DNA from: a virus
Taxonomy: Duplodnaviria; Caudoviricetes
Virus record (IMG/VR): IMGVR_UViG_3300025110_000013
Location: 1 to 61,889 of that record
Direction: 5' to 3' (one strand)
Length of the DNA: 61,889 nucleotides
The position numbers and the translations under genes were made by a program. Below, piece by piece: positions 37,548-48,431 of this stretch (position 1 is its first letter; each line of letters opens with the position of its first letter). The notes below the pieces were generated by a model. That model had not been told where the DNA came from. It searched no databases and saw nothing but the letters and a program-made list of their open reading frames with translations.

Positions 37548-40500
37548 ATGCCTATATATTCTGTTGCTGGGCCGGAAGGAGAAACTTATAGCATAGAAGG
37601 GCCGGAAGGAGCTACTCGGGATCAAATAGTTGGTGAAATAATAAGGCAGCTACAAGCCCAAGAGAAAGAAGAACAAGATAAACAAAGACAGGAACAATTA
37701 GCTGGTATTAGAGAAAGTAGACGAGGTTCTGTATCTCGCGGTCTTGATATCGGTACAGATCTTATTGCTCAAGCTACAGGCTCAAGCTTAGAAGGTATTG
37801 GTAGCCTTTTAGGACTTGAAGGGCTTGAAGAATATGGTGCTGACGTTGCACTAGAAAACGAAGCTGACATCCAACGTAAGTCACTTTACCAAACCCGTTT
37901 TGATGATATCGAAGGTGTAGGAGACTTTGGCTCTTACTTAGGCGGTATTGCTGCGGAAAGTGCCCCTCAAATGGGTGCTGGCTTAACAGGTGCTGCAATA
38001 GGTACAGCAATACTTCCCGGTCTCGGTACAGTAGTAGGTGGTATAGCCGGTGCTACGCTTGCTAACCTTCCTTTCTTCTATGGTATGAACCGTGAACGCC
38101 AAAAAGAAGCTATTGATTTAGGGATTAAAACTGAAGTAGATGAAGGAGCGGCTTTCTTAACCGCTTTACCACAAGCCTTACTTGATGGTGTTGTAGATAA
38201 GTTATTACTAGGGGCGGGAAAAGGTTTTGGGTTTACTGATAAAGCAATTCGTAGTGGAGGATTGTTTACCAGAGGCGCTAAAGGCATAGGCACAGGTGTA
38301 ATTACTGAAGCTCCTACTGAAGTAGGTCAGCAAATGTTAGAACGTGCTCAAGCTGGGCTATCGTTAGACAGTGATGAAGCAATAGCAGAATACAGAGAAG
38401 CCGCAATTGCAGGTGGTTTATTAGGTGGTGCAGTTAGTGGAACAATTAATGTTGGTCGAGGAAGAATCCAACAAGAAGATACGAATGTTATAGATAAAGA
38501 TGGGGAAGATGCTACACCTATACCCACAAAAACAGCACCTGTAGGGGCAGCAGGGTTAGGTGCGCTTGCGGATGCAGAACAAGGTGACCTTACCGATGCA
38601 GATGTAGCCGAGGCTAGAAAAGAGTTAGATACGGTTAGTCAGGTACGGGATACTGATAAAAAACTAAAAGAAATAGTAACTGATGAAGACGTAGACAAAA
38701 TATTAAGTGACGCGGGTAGAGCAGAAGAAGAAACAGACAGAATAATAAATGCTACTGCGGATGCACAAGAAAAAGCTTTTGAACAAGACTATGGTATTGC
38801 GGAAACCCGCGGTGCTACTGAAACTGGAGACGAAAGGACAGTAGATCCTACAGAAGGTGTGGCAGTAGTAGAAAGGGCAGCAGATGAAGCAGTAGTAGAA
38901 GCAGAAACCCGCGGTGCTACTGACACTGGAGACGTTGAACGCGCAGATACACAAACAGAAGACGAAGCAAGAAGATTAAAAGATGAACAAACAACTGATG
39001 CGTTAGGCGTATTAGCTGAAGAACAAAGTGATTTTACCACTATATTTGCCAAAGTAGACGAAAAGTTAAACAGGCGACCTAAAGTAGTTACTGAGGAAAA
39101 AACTACCGGCGTAGAAACCGGAGCAGAAGTAGAAACCGGAGCAGAAGTAGAAACGGAAACGGAAACGGAAACGGAAACGGAAACGGAAACGGAAACGGAA
39201 ACGGAAACGGAAGTAGAGCCAGCGATAGAACCAGCAATAGAACCAACAGATAGACTTGGAACCATCGCTGAAGCAGCCGAGGCAGTAAAAGAAGAAGCGC
39301 AAGAACAAGTAGATGTAGTAGGTCAGGTAGAAGAACAAGCCATAGAAGACGCGGAGGCGTTAGTAAGGACAAAAGGTTTTAGAGACAAAAAAGCTGAAGA
39401 CTTTACAGACGAAGAGATTAGTACCTTTGCTACGGCAATACCCGCGCTAGAAAGAAATAAGATGTCTATGAAGGAGAAATCTAACTACATAGAAATGGTT
39501 TCTACCAACGACCAAGCGGATTTTACTGCTAGAGAAGGGCGGGAACCGACTAACCAAGAAAGAAATGACATATTTAATAAAGCCAAAAATGAGATAAATA
39601 ACGAACAGAGGTTAATCTCTAAACGATTAAGTAAGCTCAAAAACGATACTAAACCAATACGAACTAAGATCGAAGACGAAGCCGCTGCCATTGAAGCCGC
39701 AAAAGATAAAAAGCCTATAAGAGAAAGACTCGATACTACGACTAAGGTTAAAGAAGCAGAGGTAGGTGCGTTAGAGGCTAGAGAAGAAATAGAAGAAGGT
39801 AAAGTTGAAACCGTTGAAAAGAAGATAGAAGGCCAGAAAAAACCAATAGTTACTTCTAAAAAAGAACAAAAAGCAATACAAAAATTAAATGAAGCAATAG
39901 ACGAAAATTGGGAACAAACCCAATCTGAAGCGTATAAAGCTTATGTAGATAGTGGTAAGCAAAAAGTAAATGCCCCTAAACTACCTTCAAACCTTAGTGA
40001 CTCAGAAGCTGTAACAGAGCTTTTCTTAGGAGAAGGGAAGCTAACCGAGCAAGAACAGGATGCGCTTACTTATTTAACTGCACATCCAACCTTAGAACGT
40101 AATTTATTCGATCTAGCTTACGAGGATGCAGTAGATGCCCCTGCATATCAAGCATCAGAAGACGCTTCCCCTGCGGAAAAAGAATTTTTTGCTGGTAGGG
40201 GCGGGAAACACAGGAAAAATGCTCTTGCTTGGGTTAGAGATAACCTATCTGCTGAAGCAAATATGTGGGTAGTCAACGCAACGAAAAGTGAAATTGCTAG
40301 GCTTGATCGGAATCCGCCCCTTACCGCAGATTATTACGATGTGAATACAAAAGCATCTCCATCGCCTTTCGGGCTTGAAAAATCTGTTAACACGCCACAA
40401 GTATACGATGGTTATTTTAATGCAGCCGAAAACTTGGCTAGGATGAATGTAGCGAATGACCCTAAATTTTTAGAGTGGTTAAATAAACAACCTCAAAAAG

Positions 40501-43500
40501 AGCAGAAAAGGATAAAAGCAGAGATAAAACAGAGTATAGATAAAGCAAGGGAGATAGAAAAACAAAGTCTAGCATTGCCCAAAGACTCTGAGCTTAATCT
40601 TGATATACCAATGCACCCCATCGTTATGACTCAGTTACGTAATGGTGATCTAGCGGGTGCGCTTCGATCCTTAGCAACCACTTCATCTAACCCCCGTATA
40701 AAGAACATGGCTAAGAATCTAGCTAAAGTGGCGGGGGAAACCAAACTAGAAACTTCTAAGAACTTAAAAGCTGAAAGCGGTAAGGCGGCTAACGGTCTGT
40801 TTGACCCAGAAACTAATACAATAAAACTAGACGCTGACACAGGGTTAAATACGCATACCCTACTGCATGAGATGACCCACGCGGTTACTTCAGCACAGTT
40901 GGCAGAAGGTAAGTCTGCGGCTGCTAAACAACTTACCAAGCTCTTTAATGAAATAAAAGATCAATTAGGCACTGCATACGGTTCGCTTTCTGTAGATGAG
41001 TTTGTAGCAGAAGCTTTTGGTAACCCTACGTTCCAACAAGAGTTAGCTTCAATAACTGTCCCTAATACCTTTAAAACAGCGTGGCATAGGTTCGCAACCA
41101 TAGTATCTAACATATTAAATATAATAACAGGTCGTCCACGTATACCACTTGCGGGTAAAGGTACCACTGTAGATGCGTTTACTGACCGACTTACCACTGC
41201 ACTGTTAGCTCCAGCCCCTTCATCGCGCTTCTCTGGTGAGTTATTGATGTCGTTTAAAGAAGGCGATGCCGCTAGTACTGTAAGAAACTATGGGAGAAAT
41301 GTTGTAGAGGCAGTAAAAGACATTGACGAAAAAGTATTAGAAGAAGGGGCGGGTAAACTTTTTGATGGCGCTAAAAAAGCAGCAAAAGTAGTTGGTCTTG
41401 CAGCTCTTAATTCTCAAGCTTTAGCAGATGTGCTGACTAAAACACTAGGTGTTAAGGGTGCCTATAAGATACATCAATTAATAGAAAGGCAGTCAGGGTT
41501 AATAGATAAAGAAAACGCCATACTAGACGGTACTGCTACACAAATAGAAAGTTTTTTTAGTGCCAACCCAGATAAGAAAGAAACTTTTGACCAGCTTGTA
41601 GGTAAGAGCACAATAGAACAAGTTGATCCTTCTAAAACTAAAAGTGAAGCTGAAGCAGCTTATGATGCGGAGAAGCTTGCTGTATGGAAAGGTATGCAGC
41701 CAGATTGGAACTCTCTTGGAAAAGAAGGGCAAATTGAATATAAACGGTTAAGGGACTCGTATAAAAAGTTATTTACTAAACTTAAAGACGCTTTAGCAGC
41801 TAGATTTAATGTAATAGAAAAAGAAAACCCTAATAACGAAGCTGTTAAAGAGTTAAAGAACACACTGTACCAACGATTGATGGAGGCAGCTACGATTGAA
41901 CCTTACTTCCCATTGACTCGTACGGGGGAGCATTGGTTACGTTATACAGCAACTCCAACGGACAGTAACGGTAATCCTACGGGAGAGCCGGAAGTTACAG
42001 TGCAAGCGTTTGATACCCTAGACGCACGGACTAGACGCATACGTTATTTAAATACACTTACCCCTCAAGAAGATAATGCTTCAATAACTGAAATAGAAGA
42101 GTTTGCAAACTTAGATAGCGTAAACTTTAATAATGTAGCGCCGACTTCTTTTGTCGCTGAAATGTTAAAGGTATTAGAAACCGCAAAAGTAGAAAAAGAT
42201 GTTCAGTTACAAATAGCTAGAAACTTTATTGACGCTGTACCTGAATCTTCTTTCCTTAAGTCTCTACATAAGAGAAAAGGGGTCGCGGGGTACAACGTAG
42301 ATGCTATGGATGCGTACAGGCAAAAAGCTTATAGCATAGCTAGGCAAGCGGTGAATATAAGAATAACAGAAGAGTTGTATAGCACTCGTAATGATCTACA
42401 AAAAGAACTTAATGAAAAATTACAGCGTTCTGGAACCCTTACAGCTAAATTAGCTAATGCAAAAAGGCCCGCTGATGAGACTCGTACGCCTAGCCAAAGA
42501 GCAAAAGAAATTGCGGAGATAGAAAGACAGTTAGAAGAAGTAGGTTCTAATAGATACATTACTAAAGAAAACGTAGATACTGCCGTAAATGAGTTAACGC
42601 AACGTATCCTACAAACTACCTCCCCCGCCGATAATTGGGTAGAAAGCACAGCAAAAATAGCTAATCGTTTAGCGTTTTTAGGGACTATCGGATTCAGTGC
42701 GGCGTCTACTTTAGTTAATACTGTGCAAGTCCCTATGGTGGTAATTCCTTTCTTAGCCGGTAAAACTAACATGGCGACCGCTATGGCTGCTGCACGGATG
42801 GGTATGAATTTGTTTGGGGGAAGCGGTTTTAACCGTAAGTTACCCGTGTTAGATAGTGACAATAAGCAGAAAGATATAGAAGTTAAAGGGATGCCTTCTA
42901 TCGATAATTTCTATACCGCAGACAATGACGGTAATCTAATACTACGTGAAGACCTAGAAGACGTTAAAAATTATTACGCAATGCCTATAGATAACAAAGG
43001 CAACACTAAGATGTTATCTAAAAAGGAACTTTTAACTATCCTTAAGCCCCTAATAACAGAAGCAGGGGATAGGTCGTTACTTAATCGGTCTTTATATGCG
43101 GATACCATAGGTGTAGAACTATCAGGCAAAAAGAAAGGGAGTAAAGCTAAAAACGCATGGGATAAATTTAATCTATGGAGCGCATTACCCTTTCATACCG
43201 CCGAACGTATGAACAGGCAAGTTACTTTGGTCGCCGCTTATTTAAATGAAGTAGCAAGGTTAAACACAAACCCTAATAAAGCTAAAGGGGAAAATAATCT
43301 TAGTGAGCAACAGATATTTGAAACCGCCATAGAAACAGCTTTATATGACACACAGCAAACCAACGGTGGAGCTACGTTAGCTACTTCACCTCGTATCGCG
43401 CAAAAACATCTAGGCCGCGTTGCTATGATGTTTAAGACTTATGGCTTTACGATGTACTACCATCAGTTAAAGATGGCCCTCACTGCACTGCAACAAGCAA

Positions 43501-44441
43501 AAGAAAATGGTTTAGACGACTACACTATACGCCAAGCGAGGCGACAAGTAGTGGCAAGTTTAGGGACAACAGCGGTACTGTCAGGGTTACAAGGACTTAC
43601 TCTTGTTGGTATATTTGAAGGTTTAGCTAATCTTTTCTTAGACGATGAAGACGAAGATGCGGAAACTTATATACGAAAGTTCCTTGGTGAACCCTTGTAC
43701 AGTGGTGGGTTACAGTATTTGACCATGTTTGCGGGAGATGTTTTTGGGGAAAATACAGAACTAGATATTGCTTCTCGTATAGGTCTATCCCATTTAATAC
43801 TAGGTAACAATAAATACGATTTTAATGAGTCTGCTAAAGAAGAATTTGTGAATATATTAGGTGGCCCCGCGTTAAGTTATGGGTCATCAATAGCAAGAGG
43901 TGTAAACGATATATACAACGGTGAGTTGCAACGGGGTATAGAGAGCATTGCTCCTTCTGCCCTTCGTAATACATTAAAGACCTTTAGGTATTCTGATTTT
44001 GATGAAGGTACGGCTCGCACTAGACGCGGCGATCCTATAGTAGATGATTTGAATCTAGTACAAATGACCGCTCAATTCTTAGGGTTTGCCCCCGCAGAAT
44101 ACTCTAGGGCGCAAGAAATAAACCAAGACATCAAACGTATAGATAGGTCAGTTAACCAGAAACGTACTAAGTTGATGAAAAAATATTACGTTGCTAGGCG
44201 TATGGGGGACGCAGACGGTATAAGAGATGCAGCGGAAGAAATAAGAGACTTTAATAAACGTCATAGAAATAAAGGGCCAAAGGTAGTAATTAGCCCTGAT
44301 AGTTTAACGCGGTCTATGAAAATGCACGCAAAGACAACCGCTAAAATGTATAACGGGGTTACACTAAGTCCTAATATAAGATTGTACGCGGAAGAATTGG
44401 CTAATGAATACGACAGGTCAGGGATATTCAATGTTTTATAA
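37548..44441 (+). CDS. Giant (2297 aa) ejection / polyvalent protein with a zincin-like metallopeptidase motif
   Basis: TLLHEMTHA...EFVAEA; Gly/Ala-rich N-terminal membrane-like helices; last gene of the late operon. Confidence 0.75.
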   Translation: MPIYSVAGPEGETYSIEGPEGATRDQIVGEIIRQLQAQEKEEQDKQRQEQLAGIRESRRGSVSRGLDIGTDLIAQATGSSLEGIGSLLGLEGLEEYGADVALENEADIQRKSLYQTRFDDIEGVGDFGSYLGGIAAESAPQMGAGLTGAAIGTAILPGLGTVVGGIAGATLANLPFFYGMNRERQKEAIDLGIKTEVDEGAAFLTALPQALLDGVVDKLLLGAGKGFGFTDKAIRSGGLFTRGAKGIGTGVITEAPTEVGQQMLERAQAGLSLDSDEAIAEYREAAIAGGLLGGAVSGTINVGRGRIQQEDTNVIDKDGEDATPIPTKTAPVGAAGLGALADAEQGDLTDADVAEARKELDTVSQVRDTDKKLKEIVTDEDVDKILSDAGRAEEETDRIINATADAQEKAFEQDYGIAETRGATETGDERTVDPTEGVAVVERAADEAVVEAETRGATDTGDVERADTQTEDEARRLKDEQTTDALGVLAEEQSDFTTIFAKVDEKLNRRPKVVTEEKTTGVETGAEVETGAEVETETETETETETETETETETEVEPAIEPAIEPTDRLGTIAEAAEAVKEEAQEQVDVVGQVEEQAIEDAEALVRTKGFRDKKAEDFTDEEISTFATAIPALERNKMSMKEKSNYIEMVSTNDQADFTAREGREPTNQERNDIFNKAKNEINNEQRLISKRLSKLKNDTKPIRTKIEDEAAAIEAAKDKKPIRERLDTTTKVKEAEVGALEAREEIEEGKVETVEKKIEGQKKPIVTSKKEQKAIQKLNEAIDENWEQTQSEAYKAYVDSGKQKVNAPKLPSNLSDSEAVTELFLGEGKLTEQEQDALTYLTAHPTLERNLFDLAYEDAVDAPAYQASEDASPAEKEFFAGRGGKHRKNALAWVRDNLSAEANMWVVNATKSEIARLDRNPPLTADYYDVNTKASPSPFGLEKSVNTPQVYDGYFNAAENLARMNVANDPKFLEWLNKQPQKEQKRIKAEIKQSIDKAREIEKQSLALPKDSELNLDIPMHPIVMTQLRNGDLAGALRSLATTSSNPRIKNMAKNLAKVAGETKLETSKNLKAESGKAANGLFDPETNTIKLDADTGLNTHTLLHEMTHAVTSAQLAEGKSAAAKQLTKLFNEIKDQLGTAYGSLSVDEFVAEAFGNPTFQQELASITVPNTFKTAWHRFATIVSNILNIITGRPRIPLAGKGTTVDAFTDRLTTALLAPAPSSRFSGELLMSFKEGDAASTVRNYGRNVVEAVKDIDEKVLEEGAGKLFDGAKKAAKVVGLAALNSQALADVLTKTLGVKGAYKIHQLIERQSGLIDKENAILDGTATQIESFFSANPDKKETFDQLVGKSTIEQVDPSKTKSEAEAAYDAEKLAVWKGMQPDWNSLGKEGQIEYKRLRDSYKKLFTKLKDALAARFNVIEKENPNNEAVKELKNTLYQRLMEAATIEPYFPLTRTGEHWLRYTATPTDSNGNPTGEPEVTVQAFDTLDARTRRIRYLNTLTPQEDNASITEIEEFANLDSVNFNNVAPTSFVAEMLKVLETAKVEKDVQLQIARNFIDAVPESSFLKSLHKRKGVAGYNVDAMDAYRQKAYSIARQAVNIRITEELYSTRNDLQKELNEKLQRSGTLTAKLANAKRPADETRTPSQRAKEIAEIERQLEEVGSNRYITKENVDTAVNELTQRILQTTSPADNWVESTAKIANRLAFLGTIGFSAASTLVNTVQVPMVVIPFLAGKTNMATAMAAARMGMNLFGGSGFNRKLPVLDSDNKQKDIEVKGMPSIDNFYTADNDGNLILREDLEDVKNYYAMPIDNKGNTKMLSKKELLTILKPLITEAGDRSLLNRSLYADTIGVELSGKKKGSKAKNAWDKFNLWSALPFHTAERMNRQVTLVAAYLNEVARLNTNPNKAKGENNLSEQQIFETAIETALYDTQQTNGGATLATSPRIAQKHLGRVAMMFKTYGFTMYYHQLKMALTALQQAKENGLDDYTIRQARRQVVASLGTTAVLSGLQGLTLVGIFEGLANLFLDDEDEDAETYIRKFLGEPLYSGGLQYLTMFAGDVFGENTELDIASRIGLSHLILGNNKYDFNESAKEEFVNILGGPALSYGSSIARGVNDIYNGELQRGIESIAPSALRNTLKTFRYSDFDEGTARTRRGDPIVDDLNLVQMTAQFLGFAPAEYSRAQEINQDIKRIDRSVNQKRTKLMKKYYVARRMGDADGIRDAAEEIRDFNKRHRNKGPKVVISPDSLTRSMKMHAKTTAKMYNGVTLSPNIRLYAEELANEYDRSGIFNVL
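39150..39209 (+). repeat. Perfect (GAAACG)10 in-frame microsatellite encoding (ET)10
   Basis: Ten identical hexamers counted directly. Confidence 0.95.
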
Positions 44442-44447
44442 GATAGT

Positions 44448-44477
44448 CCCCTTACCGCTTGGTTATACGATAAGGGG
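44448..44477. terminator. Hairpin between convergent operons
   Basis: CCCCTTA (44448-44454) pairs with TAAGGGG (44471-44477); no clear U-tract. Confidence 0.45.
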
Positions 44478-44528
44478 TACTATGCTAGGGAGTAAAGTGC
44501 AAGGATAGGACTCTACCCTTAAATTCTA

Positions 44529-44747
44529 TCATACGGTTCTCCAGAAACGCACACCCAATTTGCCTTTTTCTATACGAACCTTATGCTCCAAAGTCATGCC
44601 TTTAGTATGGCCTATTTGTGTAATTTCTGTTAAGACCTTATCAGTATTAATACAAGGAATGAATATGGACGCCCCAACTACCATATCCGTCCATTTAATA
44701 ACTACCCGTACGCCATCCGGTGCAACGTCATCAATCTTCCGCATCAA
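44529..44747 (-). CDS. Small hypothetical protein
   Basis: Overlaps the primase stop; ends GVRFWRTV. Confidence 0.7.
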   Translation of the reverse strand: MMRKIDDVAPDGVRVVIKWTDMVVGASIFIPCINTDKVLTEITQIGHTKGMTLEHKVRIEKGKLGVRFWRTV

Positions 44748-47544
44748 AGTCTACACCAGAGCAATCCACGGATATAACATCAGTAGATGGTAGCCGCATA
44801 TGTGTACCTTTACCTAAACGAATCTTGTCCTTCTTCCCTTTTAACTTCTCCATTAAGTCTTGTACGAAAGAAGCGTAGTTAATCTGCTGCGCCCCACACC
44901 AAATACGTAATGGTTTAGGTAGCAGATAGGCGCGTTTTGTATCCGTCTCGTACCGTGCGACCAAAGCCCCTCTTGGTAAGGCATCAGGGACAACCAACTG
45001 ATCTAACCCGTTACCCTTATTCTGCTTACGTAAGTCATCAGTACTTTTGATCTGTAATATGTTGTTCCAGTTCTCGTTAATATACTCGTTTAAAGTCTGC
45101 TCCACAGACGCGTTCATATCGTCAAAGGAATTCTTGTTACGCTTAAGAACTGTGCGTATCCACTTATAAACTTTCTTAGTATTGTAGGGTAATAATTCAA
45201 TACGTTTACATAGTATAAGGGCCGTCAATGAACACGCAGCACCCGCAGACCAGAAGCGGTTTTCCGCTGCAAGCTCTGCCTCCTTATCTATCTTCTTCTG
45301 TACGGACTCTAATAGCTCCCTAACCTCATCTAAATTGTTAATAACGTACTGTACGAACGGTAATCCCGCGTGACCCCAATTATTAAATATGTTTTTACTG
45401 AATTCGTCAGTCTTCTCTTTATCAGTAGGGGACTTAAACATCTTATCTACTTTGTATTCTAAAATACGCTGTGCTTCTGCTTTAGGAGCGTCTTTATATA
45501 ACCCAATACGCTCTATCATACTAACATTGCCTGTGGATACAGAGTTGAAACTCCAAGCATCACCGTTATACCGCTCTGCATTGACGCTACCTGTCATCCT
45601 TCTTCTCTGCCTACCACTTACGTACTGGTAGGCTAAGTTACTCAGCTCTTTAGCACTAAGATTAGTAATCTCGTCTAAGAAGAAAGGTAGGCTGTGATAC
45701 ACCTCACCCCGATTCATCTTAGTAGCATAGGTGTCTTCTTTCTCCATTAGTAATTCTTTGGGGTTACCCCACGGAGTTAATGCTGCGTATAGTGCGGTTG
45801 TTTTGCCGTACCCTGTGTCCTTACTGTAAATATGTAAAGAGGCGCACGCTACCGGCATAAGTTCCATAAGAATAGAACCAAAAGAAGCTCCAACAACATA
45901 TTGGTAAGCCTCTTGCCCTTCTTCATTAAAAAACCCGATCATCTCCTTCCACGCATCCATAGTGCCCTTTGGTTCAAAGGCGTGGAACAACCCTGCTGTA
46001 TTAGTGGAAGGCGGGTTAAACTCTATACGATCTCCAAAGACCTCCATGTTACCTAATACAAAGGACTTCATTTCTTCGCTAGTCCAACCGAACTGCCTGT
46101 GTGCTTCATCAGCGGTTACAGTCGCCTGTAATTCATTAACCCAAGTGGTTGTATACTGCATAAGTTCATCCATTCTACCAATCGCAACGCCGTGCATTGA
46201 CATATATTTACGGAATTCTTCCTTAGAAGTGGCCGCAGTAAGAGGCACCGTAAACTCCCTTACCCCATCTTTGGGTAGGTGAAGCCGCATCACGATAGCC
46301 TCGCCTATCTCTGCATCACGTATGCGTTTAACTACATATAGGTCATTATGGTACACCATCTTTTCTTCTATCTCGCCATCCGCATCGCTAGAGCGTACAT
46401 ATATACCCCCCGTAGCCCCTCTAAAATAAGGGCGTGGGTAGTCAGGTATTACATAAGTCTGAGCAGGGGCGTTGGGTCGGTTCGCAGAGAGGGCTTCTAC
46501 TATATTATCCTCCTCTTCCGCTTCTTTTATGGCCTTACCAAGCACTATTGGGGACTTTATCTTCCCCCAATGTTTACATTCGGTACATACGTTCGGGTTA
46601 TATTCGTCAAAAGTACTGCACAGGTACGGCCCTTTTATAAGGTCTACCTTCTCCATTGTCTCTTGCTCAGAAAACTCTGGGTGCCGTTTCGATATATTCA
46701 TTATGGCTTTGTCAGAGTCTACGCAAAATTTGGCGATTGATAGCCCCGCCCTCCACATAGGTTCGCTACATTCTTCTTGTTTACCTATGATCGTACCTAG
46801 CTGCCTACAACCGTTACCCTCTCCCGTCTTGACAATTATGTCCTTAAACTTAGTTTCCATGTTGCCCATTAGCGCATCCATCATTGCGCTTGAGGGGGCG
46901 GGGGTAAATTTCTTAGGAACTGGTATCGATTCTCCACCGAGTATTTCCGCAAACTCTTCAAAGTCCACAAGTTCTGGTATCTCTACGCCCATAGGGAGTA
47001 CAGGAGTAGGCGGATCGTCTTTATGGTTATGGGTGTACGGCACACGAAGTACTCGCGCTCCATCAGAAGTTACCGCTGGATCTGGTAAGAACTTATGGAG
47101 ACCACAATAACGCTTCAGTTGTTCCGCTACAGGTAACCACTTCTCGTAGGAAACCGCCTCTGACAAAATCCAGTAAACGTGTATACCTCTGCCAGAACTA
47201 ACTATTAGAGGTTTAGGCAAGCCCACTTCTTTAGTGAACTTACGAAGTGCTTTTAGTCCTTCCGTCTGGTTTATATAATCTTTACTAGGGCCGCAATCAA
47301 TATCAAAAAAGAACGCTTTTAAGTCCTTAACATTAACTGCTTTACGGGAACCTTCTTCTTTAAAAGTTCCTAAAGCAAAATACGTATCGAATCCATTCTG
47401 GTCTAGGTTTGTTGCTGTGTGTATTAAGTCATCTATCGTTGTAAAAAATTTCTGTGTTATTTGTTCTTCTAAAAGTTTTGAAGCGAAGAGGCAATAATAA
47501 CCATCCCCGCTAAGTACCCTCTGTAGAAATGTTTTTGAATCCAT
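44731..47544 (-). CDS. Bifunctional AEP primase / helicase (DUF927-like)
   Basis: AEP motifs DIDC, SSGRGIHVYW and RVLRVP; Cys cluster; Walker A DTGYGKTT; Walker B FFLDE. Confidence 0.85.
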   Translation of the reverse strand: MDSKTFLQRVLSGDGYYCLFASKLLEEQITQKFFTTIDDLIHTATNLDQNGFDTYFALGTFKEEGSRKAVNVKDLKAFFFDIDCGPSKDYINQTEGLKALRKFTKEVGLPKPLIVSSGRGIHVYWILSEAVSYEKWLPVAEQLKRYCGLHKFLPDPAVTSDGARVLRVPYTHNHKDDPPTPVLPMGVEIPELVDFEEFAEILGGESIPVPKKFTPAPSSAMMDALMGNMETKFKDIIVKTGEGNGCRQLGTIIGKQEECSEPMWRAGLSIAKFCVDSDKAIMNISKRHPEFSEQETMEKVDLIKGPYLCSTFDEYNPNVCTECKHWGKIKSPIVLGKAIKEAEEEDNIVEALSANRPNAPAQTYVIPDYPRPYFRGATGGIYVRSSDADGEIEEKMVYHNDLYVVKRIRDAEIGEAIVMRLHLPKDGVREFTVPLTAATSKEEFRKYMSMHGVAIGRMDELMQYTTTWVNELQATVTADEAHRQFGWTSEEMKSFVLGNMEVFGDRIEFNPPSTNTAGLFHAFEPKGTMDAWKEMIGFFNEEGQEAYQYVVGASFGSILMELMPVACASLHIYSKDTGYGKTTALYAALTPWGNPKELLMEKEDTYATKMNRGEVYHSLPFFLDEITNLSAKELSNLAYQYVSGRQRRRMTGSVNAERYNGDAWSFNSVSTGNVSMIERIGLYKDAPKAEAQRILEYKVDKMFKSPTDKEKTDEFSKNIFNNWGHAGLPFVQYVINNLDEVRELLESVQKKIDKEAELAAENRFWSAGAACSLTALILCKRIELLPYNTKKVYKWIRTVLKRNKNSFDDMNASVEQTLNEYINENWNNILQIKSTDDLRKQNKGNGLDQLVVPDALPRGALVARYETDTKRAYLLPKPLRIWCGAQQINYASFVQDLMEKLKGKKDKIRLGKGTHMRLPSTDVISVDCSGVDFDAED

Positions 47545-47577
47545 ACCCTTTTACCCATTTTACCCAATGTACGAAGA

Positions 47578-47651
47578 CACTACGGCAGGGGTAGGAAGTT
47601 ATTGGCCGTAGAACCTACCCTTTTTGACCCTACCGAGGTCTAGCCGTAGTG
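47578..47651 (-). ncRNA. Candidate three-way-junction cis element upstream of the primase
   Basis: CACTACGGC/GCCGTAGTG (9 bp) encloses GGGTAGG/CCTACCC and GACC/GGTC stems. Confidence 0.5.
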
Positions 47652-47664
47652 AAACTGTGAGGAG

Positions 47665-48372
47665 TTAGTCGTCCCACTCAGAGAGAACGTCAGCTATTTC
47701 AGACTTCTCTTCTTTAGGAGCCGCTGATTTCTTAGACATCTTCTTAGGTTCTTCGACCTCAAAAGTATCCTCTTCCTCGGAAGCAGTATCGGCAACAACT
47801 TCTTCAAACGGATTATCATCTGAAGAGTCATCCGATGCAAACCCATCAACCGCTTTAAACGGCGAGATGGACTTTCTTGGAACGTAATCTGTAACTTGCA
47901 CCCCTTTTAGACGCAGAGAAACCCCTGTTCTCTCTTTATCGATAGAGTACGGTACAAAAACAACCGCTACGTTCACTGTGCTCCCAGTAGTAAGCTCAAA
48001 ACTTTCGTCTAGTTGCTTATTCTTCGCATCGTATTGCGCGGGCGCGGGTGTCGCATTGCCATTATAGGCAGCGGCAAGTTTAGACTTAAAGGTAAACGTA
48101 CCACCTTCCTCGTCTTTCTTAAAAGGATTCTTTATCTTCTCAGGCCAAGAGTCCTCTTTCTGGCTTGCGTAGGCACCAGACATTGCCTTCCAAAGATCTT
48201 GCGCCTGACCTTTGTTCATACGAAAATCTATTTCGTACTTCGCTTGGTCATCAGTAGCGTCACAAGGTACGCTGCGCTTCTCTTTGTTGTCGAATCGGTA
48301 GGGGCGATTGATCTTAGGCCACAATGCCTCTACGTCCTCAACGATATACTGTAGGTTTTGGTTCTTATCCAT
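47665..48372 (-). CDS. Single-stranded DNA-binding protein (T7 gp2.5-like)
   Basis: GVSLRLKGVQV motif; acidic tail ending in EWDD. Confidence 0.75.
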   Translation of the reverse strand: MDKNQNLQYIVEDVEALWPKINRPYRFDNKEKRSVPCDATDDQAKYEIDFRMNKGQAQDLWKAMSGAYASQKEDSWPEKIKNPFKKDEEGGTFTFKSKLAAAYNGNATPAPAQYDAKNKQLDESFELTTGSTVNVAVVFVPYSIDKERTGVSLRLKGVQVTDYVPRKSISPFKAVDGFASDDSSDDNPFEEVVADTASEEEDTFEVEEPKKMSKKSAAPKEEKSEIADVLSEWDD

Positions 48373-48431
48373 TGCGTTCTCCTAAACGTCTTACTGTAAA
48401 CTTACTGAATAGAATGAATCTATCAACGAAG

